The position numbers and the translations under genes were made by a program. The notes below the pieces were generated by a model. The model saw only the letters and a list, made by a program, of their open reading frames with translations. It had not been told where the DNA came from and did no database searches. A DNA stretch of 64,000 nt from Oopsacas minuta (lineage: Eukaryota > Animalia > Porifera), in assembly GCA_024704765.1 (NCBI GenBank), contig JAKMXF010000055.1:912793-976792 (forward strand), given 5' to 3'. Numbering within the stretch: the stretch's first letter is position 1; each line of letters begins with the position of its first letter. Positions 52,640-64,000 of this stretch are shown here, one piece after another.

Positions 52640-54050
52640 CTTATCACAAGTCAGATTCCACATTAATATGGACAAACAGATGATATTTCATGAATATACT
52701 TGGTACCAGTCAGATTCAAAGTGAATATGTGCAGACAGTTGAAATTGAATATTGAAACTTGCTAGAAGTCAAATGTGAAGTGAATGAGTGGAGACAGTCC
52801 AAATTTAATTAGGCAACTGGGTACAAGTTAGATTCAACGTCTATTTGTACAGACAGTTGAATTTGAGTGAAGAATTATGTTACATGTTAGATTCAACGAG
52901 AGTCAATATTTGCAGACAGGTGAAATATAATTACGAAACCTGATACCTGTTAGATTGGACGTGAATATATGCAAACAGTTGAAATTGAGTGATGAAATAT
53001 GTTACATGTCAGATTGGACGTGAATGTGTGGAGGCATTTGATATTGATCAAATATTCTTCTTACATGTTAGATTCGAGGTGAATATGCACAAACAGGTGA
53101 AATTGTATGAAGAAACTTGGCACAAGTCAGATTGAACGTGAGTATATTCAGACAGTTGAAATTCGATGATGAAACATGTTGCATGTAAGATTCAAAGTGA
53201 ATAAGTGGGGACAGTACAAATTGAATGAAGAAGCTGGGTATAAGTCAGATTCAAATTCAATTTGTACAGAAATTTGAATTTGAGGGAAGATATATGGTAC
53301 ATGTCAGATCCAAAGAGAATATGTGCAGAGGGTTGAAATTGAATGGAGAAACATGTTACATGTCAGATTGGACGTGAATATGTGCAGACAGTTGAAATTG
53401 AATGAATATCCTTTGATATATTCAGATGCAACATAAATTTGTAACTACAGTTAAAATTGAATGATGAATAATGTTACATGTCAGATTGGACGTGAATGTG
53501 TGCAGACATTTGACATTGATCAAATATTCTTCTTACATATCAGATTCCAGGTGAATATGCACAAACAGGTGAAATTGTATGAAGAAACTTGGCACAAGTC
53601 AGATTGAACGTGAGAATATTCGGACAGTTGAAATTGAATGAAGAATCTTGTTACATTTATGATTCAAAGTCAATGAATGAACACAGGTGAAATTGAATGA
53701 ATCAACCTGGAACTAGTCACTTTCTGATCTGAATATTTGCAGAGAGTTGAGATGGAATGAAAAACGTTGTCACAGGTGTAATGAAACGTGAATGTGTGAA
53801 TACAGTTAAACTCAAATGAAGAATCTCGGTACAAGTCAGTTTCGAAGTGAATATGTGCAGATAGTTGAGATTGAATGAAGACCCTTGTCACAAGTATGAT
53901 TCAAAGTGAATGTGTGAACACAGTTGAAACTGAATGGAGAAACTTGGTATAAGGCAGATTCAGCGTGAATATTCACAAATCCATGACATATAATGCAGAA
54001 CCTTGGTTACAAGTCAGTTTCGAAGTGAATATCTACAGACAGTTGAAATT
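52640..54050 (+). repeat. diverged 59-bp tandem repeat array (about 24 units)
   Basis: Consensus approx GTCAGATTCAAAGTGAATATGTGCAGACAGTTGAAATTGAATGAAGAAACTTGGTACAA; equivalent positions at 52711, 52770, 52829, 52888 (59-bp period). Confidence 0.9.
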
Positions 54051-54348
54051 GTATCGATGACGTTTTCATTTGACATCTACAAAATATTTTGTTCATTAAT
54101 CCTCAATAATCTGCGAAAGTTCAGTCTTTATTTCGTTGTTAATTTGGTGACAAGTATTCCGCAATAATGAATGATATATTCATGCCGCGGAACCGAAATC
54201 AACATTCATAGTATTGAATTCAATGACTATGATGAATTATATCAGTATCCCCTATTCCCAAAATACTCTGAACACTTCGGAAATTGCAAAAATTTGAAAA
54301 GAATACAAGACGGAAGGAATTGAAATTTTATGATGGTAAAAATAAGTA

Positions 54349-55683
54349 CAGGGTGTATCATATGTCTTGGCGGATCAGTAATTGTAAATAGAATTTTCAG
54401 TTACGAGTATTTGTTCCAATTATTTGCCAATATAACCACCATTCCTATCTAATACAAGTTGTATCCTACCTGGGATTCTACAAATTATTTTTCTGAAATA
54501 TCTGGGTCTATGGCAGGTCATGCGAATTTGACACGTAAAATTAAATGTTCCAGCTTAGTAGCATTTCCATTTGTCCAATACGATATTTCAATATTGACCA
54601 GAGGTTTTCAATCGAGTTTAAATCTGGCGAGTTACGCGACCACTCAACCTTCTACTTTAACCGAGGAAAATGTTCTACACACCATCTCTGTGTCAAGTTC
54701 GCAGTGTGAGGAGGGGCACCATCCTGTATGAATAGGAAATCAGACATGTCAACAAGCATTGATCTCTCCAGAATAGAACCTGTATTTGCAGTTCTGTTTG
54801 TAGCATCACTACACATCTTGGCTAAGATAATATCTCGAAAGTAGGCTCCAATTATCATTTGATACAGAGGAATGATGTGTAATTCTGAGAGAGCCATGTG
54901 GGATATCATACCCTAGACTTGGATTTTTGTGGGAAATTTCATCTGAACGATAGGTTCAATGGTATTTGAATTCCGAGCCCAGATACGATCGTTGGGACGA
55001 TTTGCATGGAGAAATCTTGGAAAGATGTTCATCTGACCACAACACCTTTTACCGTCACCAATTGTCCAAATTATGTGATCTTTAGCGAATGGAGGGGTTT
55101 ATCCTTCATTTTCTGTGTCAATCCAGGTATTTTATGGCGTTTGAATGATTTTATTCCTAATGAATTGGTCAAATAATGATATAAAATTGAATATGAAATA
55201 GAATATCCCTTACCATTTAGAATACGTGCAAGTTTACGTGTTGACTTCCCCCAATCCCTAGAGATTTTGAGATGACAATCTTGCAGACCTTTTTCATGGT
55301 TAGAATCCTACCAGGACGGAGTTTAGTATTTTGGTTTTCCCCATGTTTCTCGTTAAGCCACCACCTTTGTATCGACTTCAAACTGATACCTAGCCTTGAA
55401 TCTACAATCTTCTGCTCAATCCCAGTTTTCAACAAGACAATTGGTTCCAGGCGAATGCACAAACCATGATCTCTGACATACATATTTCAAAAAGATAAGA
55501 GAAATCGAAAAATGAGTTCAAAACACAAATCAAAGCTAAAGTATTTATATAGAGGTGTATTTGTAATAGATAGGACTTAGTAACTAAGTGTAAGACAAAT
55601 ATACTTCATTAATAAATTGTCGTCTGGTTCAATCAACTTTAACATTATGAATTCATTCCCGTCATGACATAAGGTACGCCCTG
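54349..55683 (-). mobile_element. Tc1-like element, degenerate, inserted in the Ginger N-terminal exon
   Basis: Imperfect TIRs CAGGG(T/C)GTA(T/C)C(A/T)TATGTC(T/A)TG(G/A)CGG with TA on both sides; FIQDGAPPHTAN and RPDLN motifs on the minus strand. Confidence 0.85.
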
Positions 55684-57423
55684 TACTTTTTCAAGGAAAT
55701 ATTATCAATATCAATCAAGTGTGGTATAGTACAATATTTTCTGATTTTCATATTCTTATAGAAAGTCTAGTTTCCAAATGGAGAGGTATTTTACAACATC
55801 CTCTAAAATCACAAGTGCCAGATATCTTGAAGTTATACTACTATTCATATCATCTTAGAATAAATGCAACACTAACCAATATTCGCAGGGAATACTACTG
55901 GATTAGGATGTGCGAGGAAGTTAGACTCTACGTGAATAATCATTGAAATTCTCTTTGTATGAATACGCTATGTTTGATACATTAAATGTTGATTTAGTAG
56001 TCACACGTATCAGCAACTAATCAATGTTTCTATGGCGACTAATACTGTTGCATAGCAATACACTCCCGATTATCCGAACACCTTCGTCATACACTTTCCA
56101 ATTTGGTGTTCGGATAGCTGAAATAGTGTATTTACTATATGAAATTGACAGCTGAGGAATATGCAAAATGTGAATTTGTAATTTTGTAGATTTGACTTCG
56201 CATACTTGTTACAAACTTGGCCTAAAATGGTCACACGATCCGAAAACGAAGTACCAAAGTAGAATAAACCATTTTGTTGAGATTAAATTTGAAGAATTTT
56301 ATAGAAACTGAATGTTCTCCCTGCTGTTCGGATAATCGATCGAAAATGGTTGACTTAATATACAAGTGTTTTCGCTCTGCTGTTCACACTTTTAGAGATT
56401 AAGACACCAAATTTTGCGTGTAAACTCGTCATATCTAGTTGGCATCTGATATTTAAAAATTTCAAAAGTGAATATTTCATATCTATCTCCCATATAATTT
56501 TAAAATAATGCTTGAATTTTCGTTTTAACAGTTTATATGGGGTAACCGAGTATGTAGTTTCCAGTTTTGCTTTCTCAAATCTCTCACTCAATGACAGGGG
56601 AGGGGAATTGGAGGGGGTACATCAACCCCCGACATAGCACAAACAAATAACCTTGAGCTGTACTACTAGCATGTCAACTGGATATTTTTTATTTTTTCTC
56701 TTTAGGTGAAATGTTACGATGCATGTCAGAAATTCGCAGATGTTAATACAAATCAAAATCGCTTACTTCGACCAATACCCCCCCCCGAAAGGCTATGGCA
56801 GCACATCGGTATTGATTTCGTTTGCGATATGTCCATTAGTAGACATAGTTATTTGCACCTTTTAGTTGTGATATGCTATTTGTTGAAATATGTCATTGCA
56901 AGGTCACTGAAGTCTAAGCGTTCCCGTGATGTGATAGACCAATTACGTGACATTTATCTAACATTCGGAACGGTAAAAATAATACAACACGATCAGGGTC
57001 CTGAATTTAGGAGTAAGATTTATCACTAGCTTTTAGTAAATCAAATTTCCAAATCCAGGAGATTTATTTCTATAATTTAGGAATTCCAACAGTTCCATCA
57101 AACGTTAAAAATGGATAACAGGTCGACTGCGGCTTGCCATCCTCGGAGCAATGGCCTCGTAGAAACCCACAATAGGATATTCAAAAGGTAATGGTCACAT
57201 TTGTACAAATGGTTGACATTATCAGGTCTCTAATACTAAGTTTATTATTTTTAGAAAGATTGAAAAATTTCGATCCAACATAGATGTTAAATCGTCAGAA
57301 TGGATGTACGAGGCATGCATGGCAGCAAACACTCATTTTAAAAATACTATTAACACTACCCTATTCCGACTAATGTTTGGCAGAGATTTTAATCCAGCGT
57401 ACTTGTTTCAAACAAGTAATATA

Positions 57424-58704
57424 CAAAGGTGGTTCAATAAGTAATGAGATAATGTATCGAATTCATATTCTAGTCAATAAAGCTCTAAGCCAAACTTGAT
57501 TGTCTAACTTCGATACAATATACTCTTCACTCTAATAGCATTCTTCAGTATAAAGTTTCATTTGTATAGGCTACTTTTTCCTCCTAATGGGTTTTAGCAA
57601 AGAAGGAAAACGACAAATAATTTGGTAGTTGTGGAAAAAGGGGAAGACTGGCTCATACATTCTTCGTGAAATGCAGGATATTTTCGGGATGATTGTCCTC
57701 CGAAAGCCACCATATATAGATGGATCGAACATTTTAATATGGCGATGAGGAACTCCACGATGACCCTCGTCCAGGTGGTCCGACCTCCTCAAAAACCCAC
57801 AGGATTATCAAGAGGGTGTAAACAAATTTGGACGAGGACAGACGATTAATCCTGCGAGAGTTTGAAGAGAGGGTAGGTATATCAAAAGCCACACTACGCT
57901 CGATTATCAGTGAAGATCTGGAAATATCAAAGGTACCTGCGCATTGGGCCCCAAAACTTCTTTCAAAAGAACAAAAACGCGAAAGGGTCAGAGTTGGCAA
58001 AGAATTTCTTTCAAGATACAAGGCAGAGGAAGACATTTTGGATCCTATAGTAACGGGGATGAAACTTGGTTTCATTATTATGAACCAGAGAGCAAAACTC
58101 AATCGAAGCAGGAAGAGACGTGATGAACCTGTACCCGTCAAGGTAAACGCCGCAAAATCAGCAGGAAAGAGAATGACAACAGTATTTTAGGATAGGGAAT
58201 TATACCACTCGGCTGATTACCTGAGAAGACAACCATAAACAGTGACTATTACGTTGACGAATTGAAAGAATTGCGTCAAGCGATTAAACGTGAGAGGCGA
58301 GACAAGTTGACACGTGGCGTATTGCTGCACATGACAACGTAAGGCCCCATGTAAGCTCCAAGACAATGGCTGCAATTGACGACTTAGGATTCAATGCCTC
58401 CCTCATCCCCCGTATAGTCCAGACCTGGCTGCCAGCGACTACTGGTTGTTTTGAAGAGATGAAGAGACCTCTTCGAGGGAAGAGATTTGAGGATTTCAAA
58501 CGGCTGGAATATGAAACAAAACAGTGGGAAAAAGTGACCCCTCAAAGAATTCTATACGACTGGGCTGGAACAGTTACCAGAACGATGGAAATGATATATA
58601 AAGTTAAAGGGGGAATTTATCGGAACATTTGATAATCAATTATGATAAGTATAGGTTGACTATATGAATTATGAAAAGTCTCATTATTTATTAAACAACC
58701 CTTG
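57424..58704 (+). mobile_element. mariner family B element, degenerate, inside a Ginger intron
   Basis: TIRs CAAAGGTGGTTCAATAAGTAATGAGA / TCTCATTATTTATTAAACAACCCTTG with TA on both sides; HWAPKLLS, G-DETWFHYYEP and PPYSPDLA motifs. Confidence 0.9.
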
Positions 58705-61284
58705 TAGAAGCAAAAGTATATACTGATTGAAATTCAGAAAATCATGCTAACATTGAACCGGAGGCACAAGAGAGCATCTTTGATCCATCTATTGTTGCGA
58801 ATGAGTTGATAGAAGATTTAAATTCCTGTATGAAAGCAGAGTGGGAAGTTTCCCGGACCGACATTGTTCGGAGATCAAGCAAGGAAAAAGCAAAGCTTTG
58901 ATGTTAAAGTCCAAAGAAATATGTATTACCTTTACCCTAGCGCCTCGCCGCTTATATATTTTCGTGGCAACTTTTTAGTCTAAAAGTTTGGAGATTTTAA
59001 GAAAAACAACAACATTAGGAGTTCGTACATCCCAATTTGCTACAAGGTGAAATGTGTTAGTTTCATATAGACAATGAACACAAGGGATAATATTTGTTTA
59101 TAGTTTGGGTATGCACTTATATAAGGAATTACGGTAATCATAAATAACCAGATAAATAGCTAACCAGTATGAAGAATAAATTGATCGCTCCCTATTCATA
59201 TAGGTCAAACATCGAGGAGTCAGACTATGTGCTTGTACGGAATGTAAAATGGACAAAATTTTCCAGGAACACAAAAACAGCCAAAGTATCTCGGGCCATA
59301 TGAAATACAGAAAATTACTAAAAGTCATGTATGGTAAAGATAGCCTGAAGCAATCGAAAAAGTTCCATTCCACCTGACAAAAAAGTATTTGAAGCGAGAA
59401 CTCGGGTATAATTTATACAACCAATCAAGACTAAAAATTTACTTGTTAATAACTAATTGTATTTTTATTCTTCATAGGGTTAGAAAATACCTTCTCTACC
59501 TGTAAAGTCAACCAAATATCAAAGAAACACAAACAATCCATACTACATAAACAAATTAATAAGGTAGGTATATATATATATATACCTAATTATGATTTGA
59601 ATATACATATTTTAATTTCATCTATAATAGAACCAGAAGCTTCATGTTCAACCCATCAAATTTACACAGTTACCTACAGTGCATTCAGAATCGGCTACCT
59701 ACCAATATTAACTAGTAATCAATGTAAGTAGAGTTAAAAAATAATCTAAATGAACTGAATACTGAGAGGAGGTATGTGAATGAATGATGCCAAAATGTTG
59801 GAAAATCTCGAAACTGATGCTGGAATTGAATGAAATCAAGTAGTACATTTTCGTGTTCCGTTTTCATTACGATAATATTTAGACCATAATCTGTTGAACA
59901 ATATTTTATTGATAATTTTAAAAATTGGGTGGAACGGCAATATTGGTGCAATGCTTGATATATGGGAATCTCCTACAATTGAACCTCACTTTTCAGAAGA
60001 GTACAGTACGAATTTTAAATGAAATCAAGCCTAAACTCCTGACTGCTCTACATGAGCAATCATTTTTATCTGAGTTACATAGGCAGTTTGATGGAAAGTA
60101 AAAGTGTACGCGATTTAATGACCTCATAGCATTCTATCCCGACAATCCATTTGATTGTACTTTCAAAGAAAATGCCGCTTTCTTTGTTTCCCAGTGATAT
60201 AACGAATATCTTGTTATCAAGCAGATAGATATAAGCTTCAGTGATATCCACATGCGAGACTATCCCTTAACTGTCCTTCTTCCAGTTATGCTTGAATCTA
60301 AAGCGAATTCCCAGTTTATGGACGTAGCCTCAGATACTGAAGAATCAAGACTCAATTTGGAAGTACTTTGCGGACTAACTCCTAATCCTGCTCAAAGATG
60401 CATATCCTATACGCCCTGTTCTATGTTTGAATGCTTATGCCCAGTTTGGCAGGGAGAATTCAATGACATCTTACACCTAAATACATGCTCGATTGATAAC
60501 ATAATTTCCTTATTGAGTCTGTGGAGAGGAAAAATCGAGGGAGCTATGGATTTCTCAGGAATCTCATAAAACCCAGATGTAAGTTATGCTTTGAACAGAT
60601 ACGTGGCCTGAAATTCGACGAACTAAGAGATTGCATCGCCAAATTGTTAAATATTCAAGTAACATACTATGTTCTAGTTCAACAGTACAATTATATTGGA
60701 TCGGGATCTCCTTTTATCAAACTTCTTAGAAAATTTGACATTTCTAATGATGTTCACCCATCCACATTACAACGTCACAGCTGTACTTCTATGTCCAGAA
60801 TAGCATCTCAGCTGGGAAGTTTACAAATTGTCACGTCTAAGCAGCAAACAACCATTAACAAAAACAATCTAAGAAACCTAAGGATTGTCAGTTAGATGAC
60901 TCATATCTGAGAAAAATCTCAGGGTAGTTTCTTAAAGTACCTTCACAATATATTAATGAACTTAGACATCTCCCAGAAAATCGTTTAAACGCTAAGATAT
61001 TGATGATATCCTTGTAAATGTGATGCTGAAATATACAAAGATGTGATAATCAAACATTATTTCGCTGCATAGAAAATGTCCAACAAACTATACAATGATT
61101 TGTGATTCAATGTCAATTGTCAAAGAAAATGACTGCAATACAGACAATTGGAAATGTTCCACTCAATAACTAGTTGTACCAATTGATAAGTGAAATACTG
61201 AATTATTCAAAGATGTGATAGTCAATCCCAATATGGCTACATAAAACTTTGGTACTAAAGAATACAACTCAAAATCGAAGATAA

Positions 61285-64000
61285 ACACACAGAATTGCCA
61301 AAGTATACTATACAAAGTATTGTGATTCAATTCAAAGTTAGATATAAAGAAATGCCAAAGAATACTATACAAAGTATTGTGAGTCAAATTCAAAGTTCAA
61401 CATACAGAATTGCCAAAGTATATAGTACAAAGTACTGTGATTAAATTTCAAAGTTAGAACACAGAAATGCCAAAGTATAGTATACAAAGTAGTGTGACTC
61501 ACTTTCAAAGTTAAAACATACAGAATTGCCAAAGTATACTATACAAAGTATTGAAATTGAATCACAATACTTTGCTTAGTATACTTTGGCAATTCTGAAT
61601 ATAGAACGTTGAAAATGAGTCACAATACTTTGTAATGTAAACTCTGGAAATTCTATGTGTCTAGCTTTGAAATTCAGTGCCAATACTTTGTAAGGTACAC
61701 TTTGGCAATTCTGTGTATCTAACTATGAAATAGAATCAAAATGCATTGTTTCCATACTATGGCAATTCTGTGTATCTAACTATGAAATTGAATCAAAATA
61801 CCTTCTACTGTATACTCTAGCAATACTCTAGGTTGAAGTTTGAAATTGAGTCGCAATACTTTGCTTAGGATAGATTGGTAATTCTGTGCACCCAAGTTTG
61901 GGATTGAGTAACAATACTATGTAATGTATACTCTAGCAAGTCTATGTTTCTAACTATGAAATTGAAGTACAATACATTGTTTCCATACTTTGGCAATTCA
62001 GTGAATCTAACTTTGAAGTGAATGACAATACTTTGTAATGCATAGTCTAGCAATTCTAAAACCACCAATTCTATTTGACTAAGTTTGAAATTGAGTGACA
62101 CTAGTTTGTATTGAATACTCTAACAATTCTATTTGACTAAGTTTGACATTGAGTGACACTAGTTTGTATTGAATACTCTAACAATTCAATTTGACTAAGT
62201 CTGAAATGAGTGACACCAGTTTGTATTGAGTACTGGAACAATTCTGTTTAATCATATTTGAAATTGAGTGACACCAGTTTGTATTGAGTACTGCAACAAT
62301 TCTGTTTCATCATATTTGAAATTGAGTGACACTGGTTTGTATTGAAAACTCCAACATTTCTATTTGACAAAGTTTGAAATCTAGTGACGCTAGATTGTAT
62401 TGAAGCCTCTACCAATTCTATTTGACTAAGTTTGACATTGAGTGACACTAGTTTGTATTGAATAGTCTAACAATTCTATTTAACTGTGTTTGAAATTGAG
62501 TGACACTAGTTTGTATTGAATACTCTAACAATTCTATTTGACTAAGTTTGACATTGAGTGACACAAGTTTGAATTGAATAGTCCAACAATTCCATTTAAA
62601 TAAGTTTGAAATCGAGTGACACTAGTTTGTATTGAATACTCTAACAATTCTATTTGACTAAGTTTGACATTGAGTGACACTAGTTTGTATTGAATACTCT
62701 AACAATTCTATTTGACTAAGTTTGAAATTGAGTGACACTAGTTTGTATTGAATACTCTAACAATTCTATTTCACTAAGTTTGAAATTGAGTGACACTAGT
62801 TTGTATTGTATACTCTAACAATTCTATTTGACTAAGTTTGACATTGAGTGACACTAGTATGTATTGTATACTCTAACAATTCTATTTGACTAAGTTTGAA
62901 ATTGAGTGACACTAGTATGTATTGTATACTCTAACAATTCTATTTGACTAAGTTTGACATTGAGTGACACTAGTATGTATTGTATACTCTAACAATTCTA
63001 TTTGACTAAATATGAAATTGAGTGACACTAGTTTGTATTGAATACTCTAACAATTCTATTTGACTGTGTTTGATATTGAGTGACACTAGTTTGTATTGAA
63101 TAGTCTAACAATTCTATTTGACTAAGTTTGAAATTAAGTGAAACTAGATTTATTGAATACTCTAACAATTCTATTTTCCAAGGTTTAAATTGAGTGACAC
63201 TAGTTAGTGTTGAAAACTCCAACAATTCTATTTGACCAAGTTTGACATTGAGTGACACAACTTTGTATTGAATAGTCCAACAATTCTTTTTACATAAGTT
63301 TCAAATCTAGTGACACTAGTTTGTATTGAATAGTCTAACAATTCTATTTCACTAACTTTAAATTGAGTGACACTAGTTTGTATTGAATACTCTAACAATT
63401 CTATTTGACTGTGTTTGAAATTGAGTGACACTAGTTTGTATTGAATACTCTAACAATTCTATTTGACTGTGTTTGAAATTGAGTGACACTAGTTTGTATT
63501 GAATAGTCTAACAATTCTATTTGACTGTGTTTGAAATTGAGTGACACTAGTTTGTATTGAATACTCTAACAATTCTATTTAACCAAGGTTTAAATTGAGT
63601 GACACTAGTTAGTGTTGAAACTCCAACGATTCTATTTGACTAAGTTTGAAATTGAGTGACACTAGTATGTATTGTATACTCTAACAATTCTATTTGACTA
63701 AGTTTGACATTGAGTGACACTAGTTTGTATTGAATACTCTAACAATTCAATTTTACTAATTTTGAAATTGAGTGACACTAGTTGGCATTGAGGCCTCTAC
63801 AAATTCTATTTGACTAAGTTTGAAATTGATTCAAACTACATTGTAATGCATACCCTAACAATTCTATTTGACTAACTTTGAAATTGAGGGTAACTAGTTT
63901 TTATTGAATACTCTAACAATTCTACTAGACTAAATATGAAATCTAGTGACACTAGTTTGTATTGAAGCCTCTACCAATTCTATTTGACCACGTTTGACAT
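61285..64000. repeat. 58-bp satellite array, with polarity switch near 61551, running off the window end
   Basis: Right-hand consensus CAATTCTATTTGACTAAGTTTGAAATTGAGTGACACTAGTTTGTATTGAATACTCTAA (units start at 62645, 62703, 62761). About 5 units in the opposite orientation at 61285-61553; degenerate units extend back to about 61070. Confidence 0.95.

Larger units (their letters stand above)
54216..59330 (+). pseudogene. Ginger1/Gin-like gypsy-integrase transposase gene with spliceosomal introns, interrupted by two Tc1/mariner insertions
   Basis: YDELYQY..PKY...DGKNKYFFK (YPYY-like), H.RINAT..IRREYYW..M..V..Y|VKC..CQ (H2C2-like), IGIDFV, HDQGPEF..SNGLVE (D35E after splicing), LFRLMFGR, PKYLGPYEI (GPY/F). 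Introns at 55932-56705, 57018-57080, 57188-57255 and 57416-58737. Confidence 0.8.

Noticed and set aside
570-58499. Many ORF-track entries antisense to transposases (e.g. 570-839, 12811-13167, 16890-17180, 19583-20038, 20786-21085, 57734-58141)
   Set aside because: Shadow frames of opposite-strand transposase sequence with no independent motifs.
54050-61142. Candidate Ginger TIR pair TGTATCGATGACGTTTTCATTTGACA / TGTCAAAGAAAATGACTGCAATACA
   Set aside because: Only about 26 bp with several mismatches, no 4-bp TSD (AAAT vs GACA), and both ends abut degenerate satellite; too weak to call.
52640-64000. Regular repeats resembling a CRISPR array or repeat-protein genes (ORFs at 61163, 61865, 62248, 63028, 63228)
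   Set aside because: Head-to-tail monomers with no unique spacers and no cas genes; 58 and 59 are not multiples of three, so the ORFs are incidental.

Overview
AT-rich eukaryotic (probably animal) DNA made up mostly of decayed and nested cut-and-paste DNA transposons, ending in a 58-bp satellite array. Recognisable elements: three copies of one mariner family, a second mariner, two Tc1-like elements, a pogo/Tigger element, two Chapaev3-like elements, two hAT elements plus a hAT MITE, a Harbinger carrying only a Myb-like gene, an intron-containing Ginger1-like (gypsy-integrase) transposase gene, and two RAG1-core/Transib-like transposases. The standout is a complete 2982-bp RAG1-core/Transib-like transposon at 17785-20766. 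It has a 5-bp TSD (CATTT), perfect RSS heptamers (CACAGTG) at both ends and bipartite ends with unequal spacers (7 vs 16 nt before a shared 13-bp block). Its ~714-aa transposase is broken only by one missing G in a G-run. It sits inside a pogo transposase, which in turn sits at the start codon of a Chapaev3 transposase. The only host-gene signal found is one 121-bp exon resembling huntingtin exon 3 (6332-6452, minus strand). All family assignments come from motifs recognised by eye; no database searches were run, and the organism is not identified.
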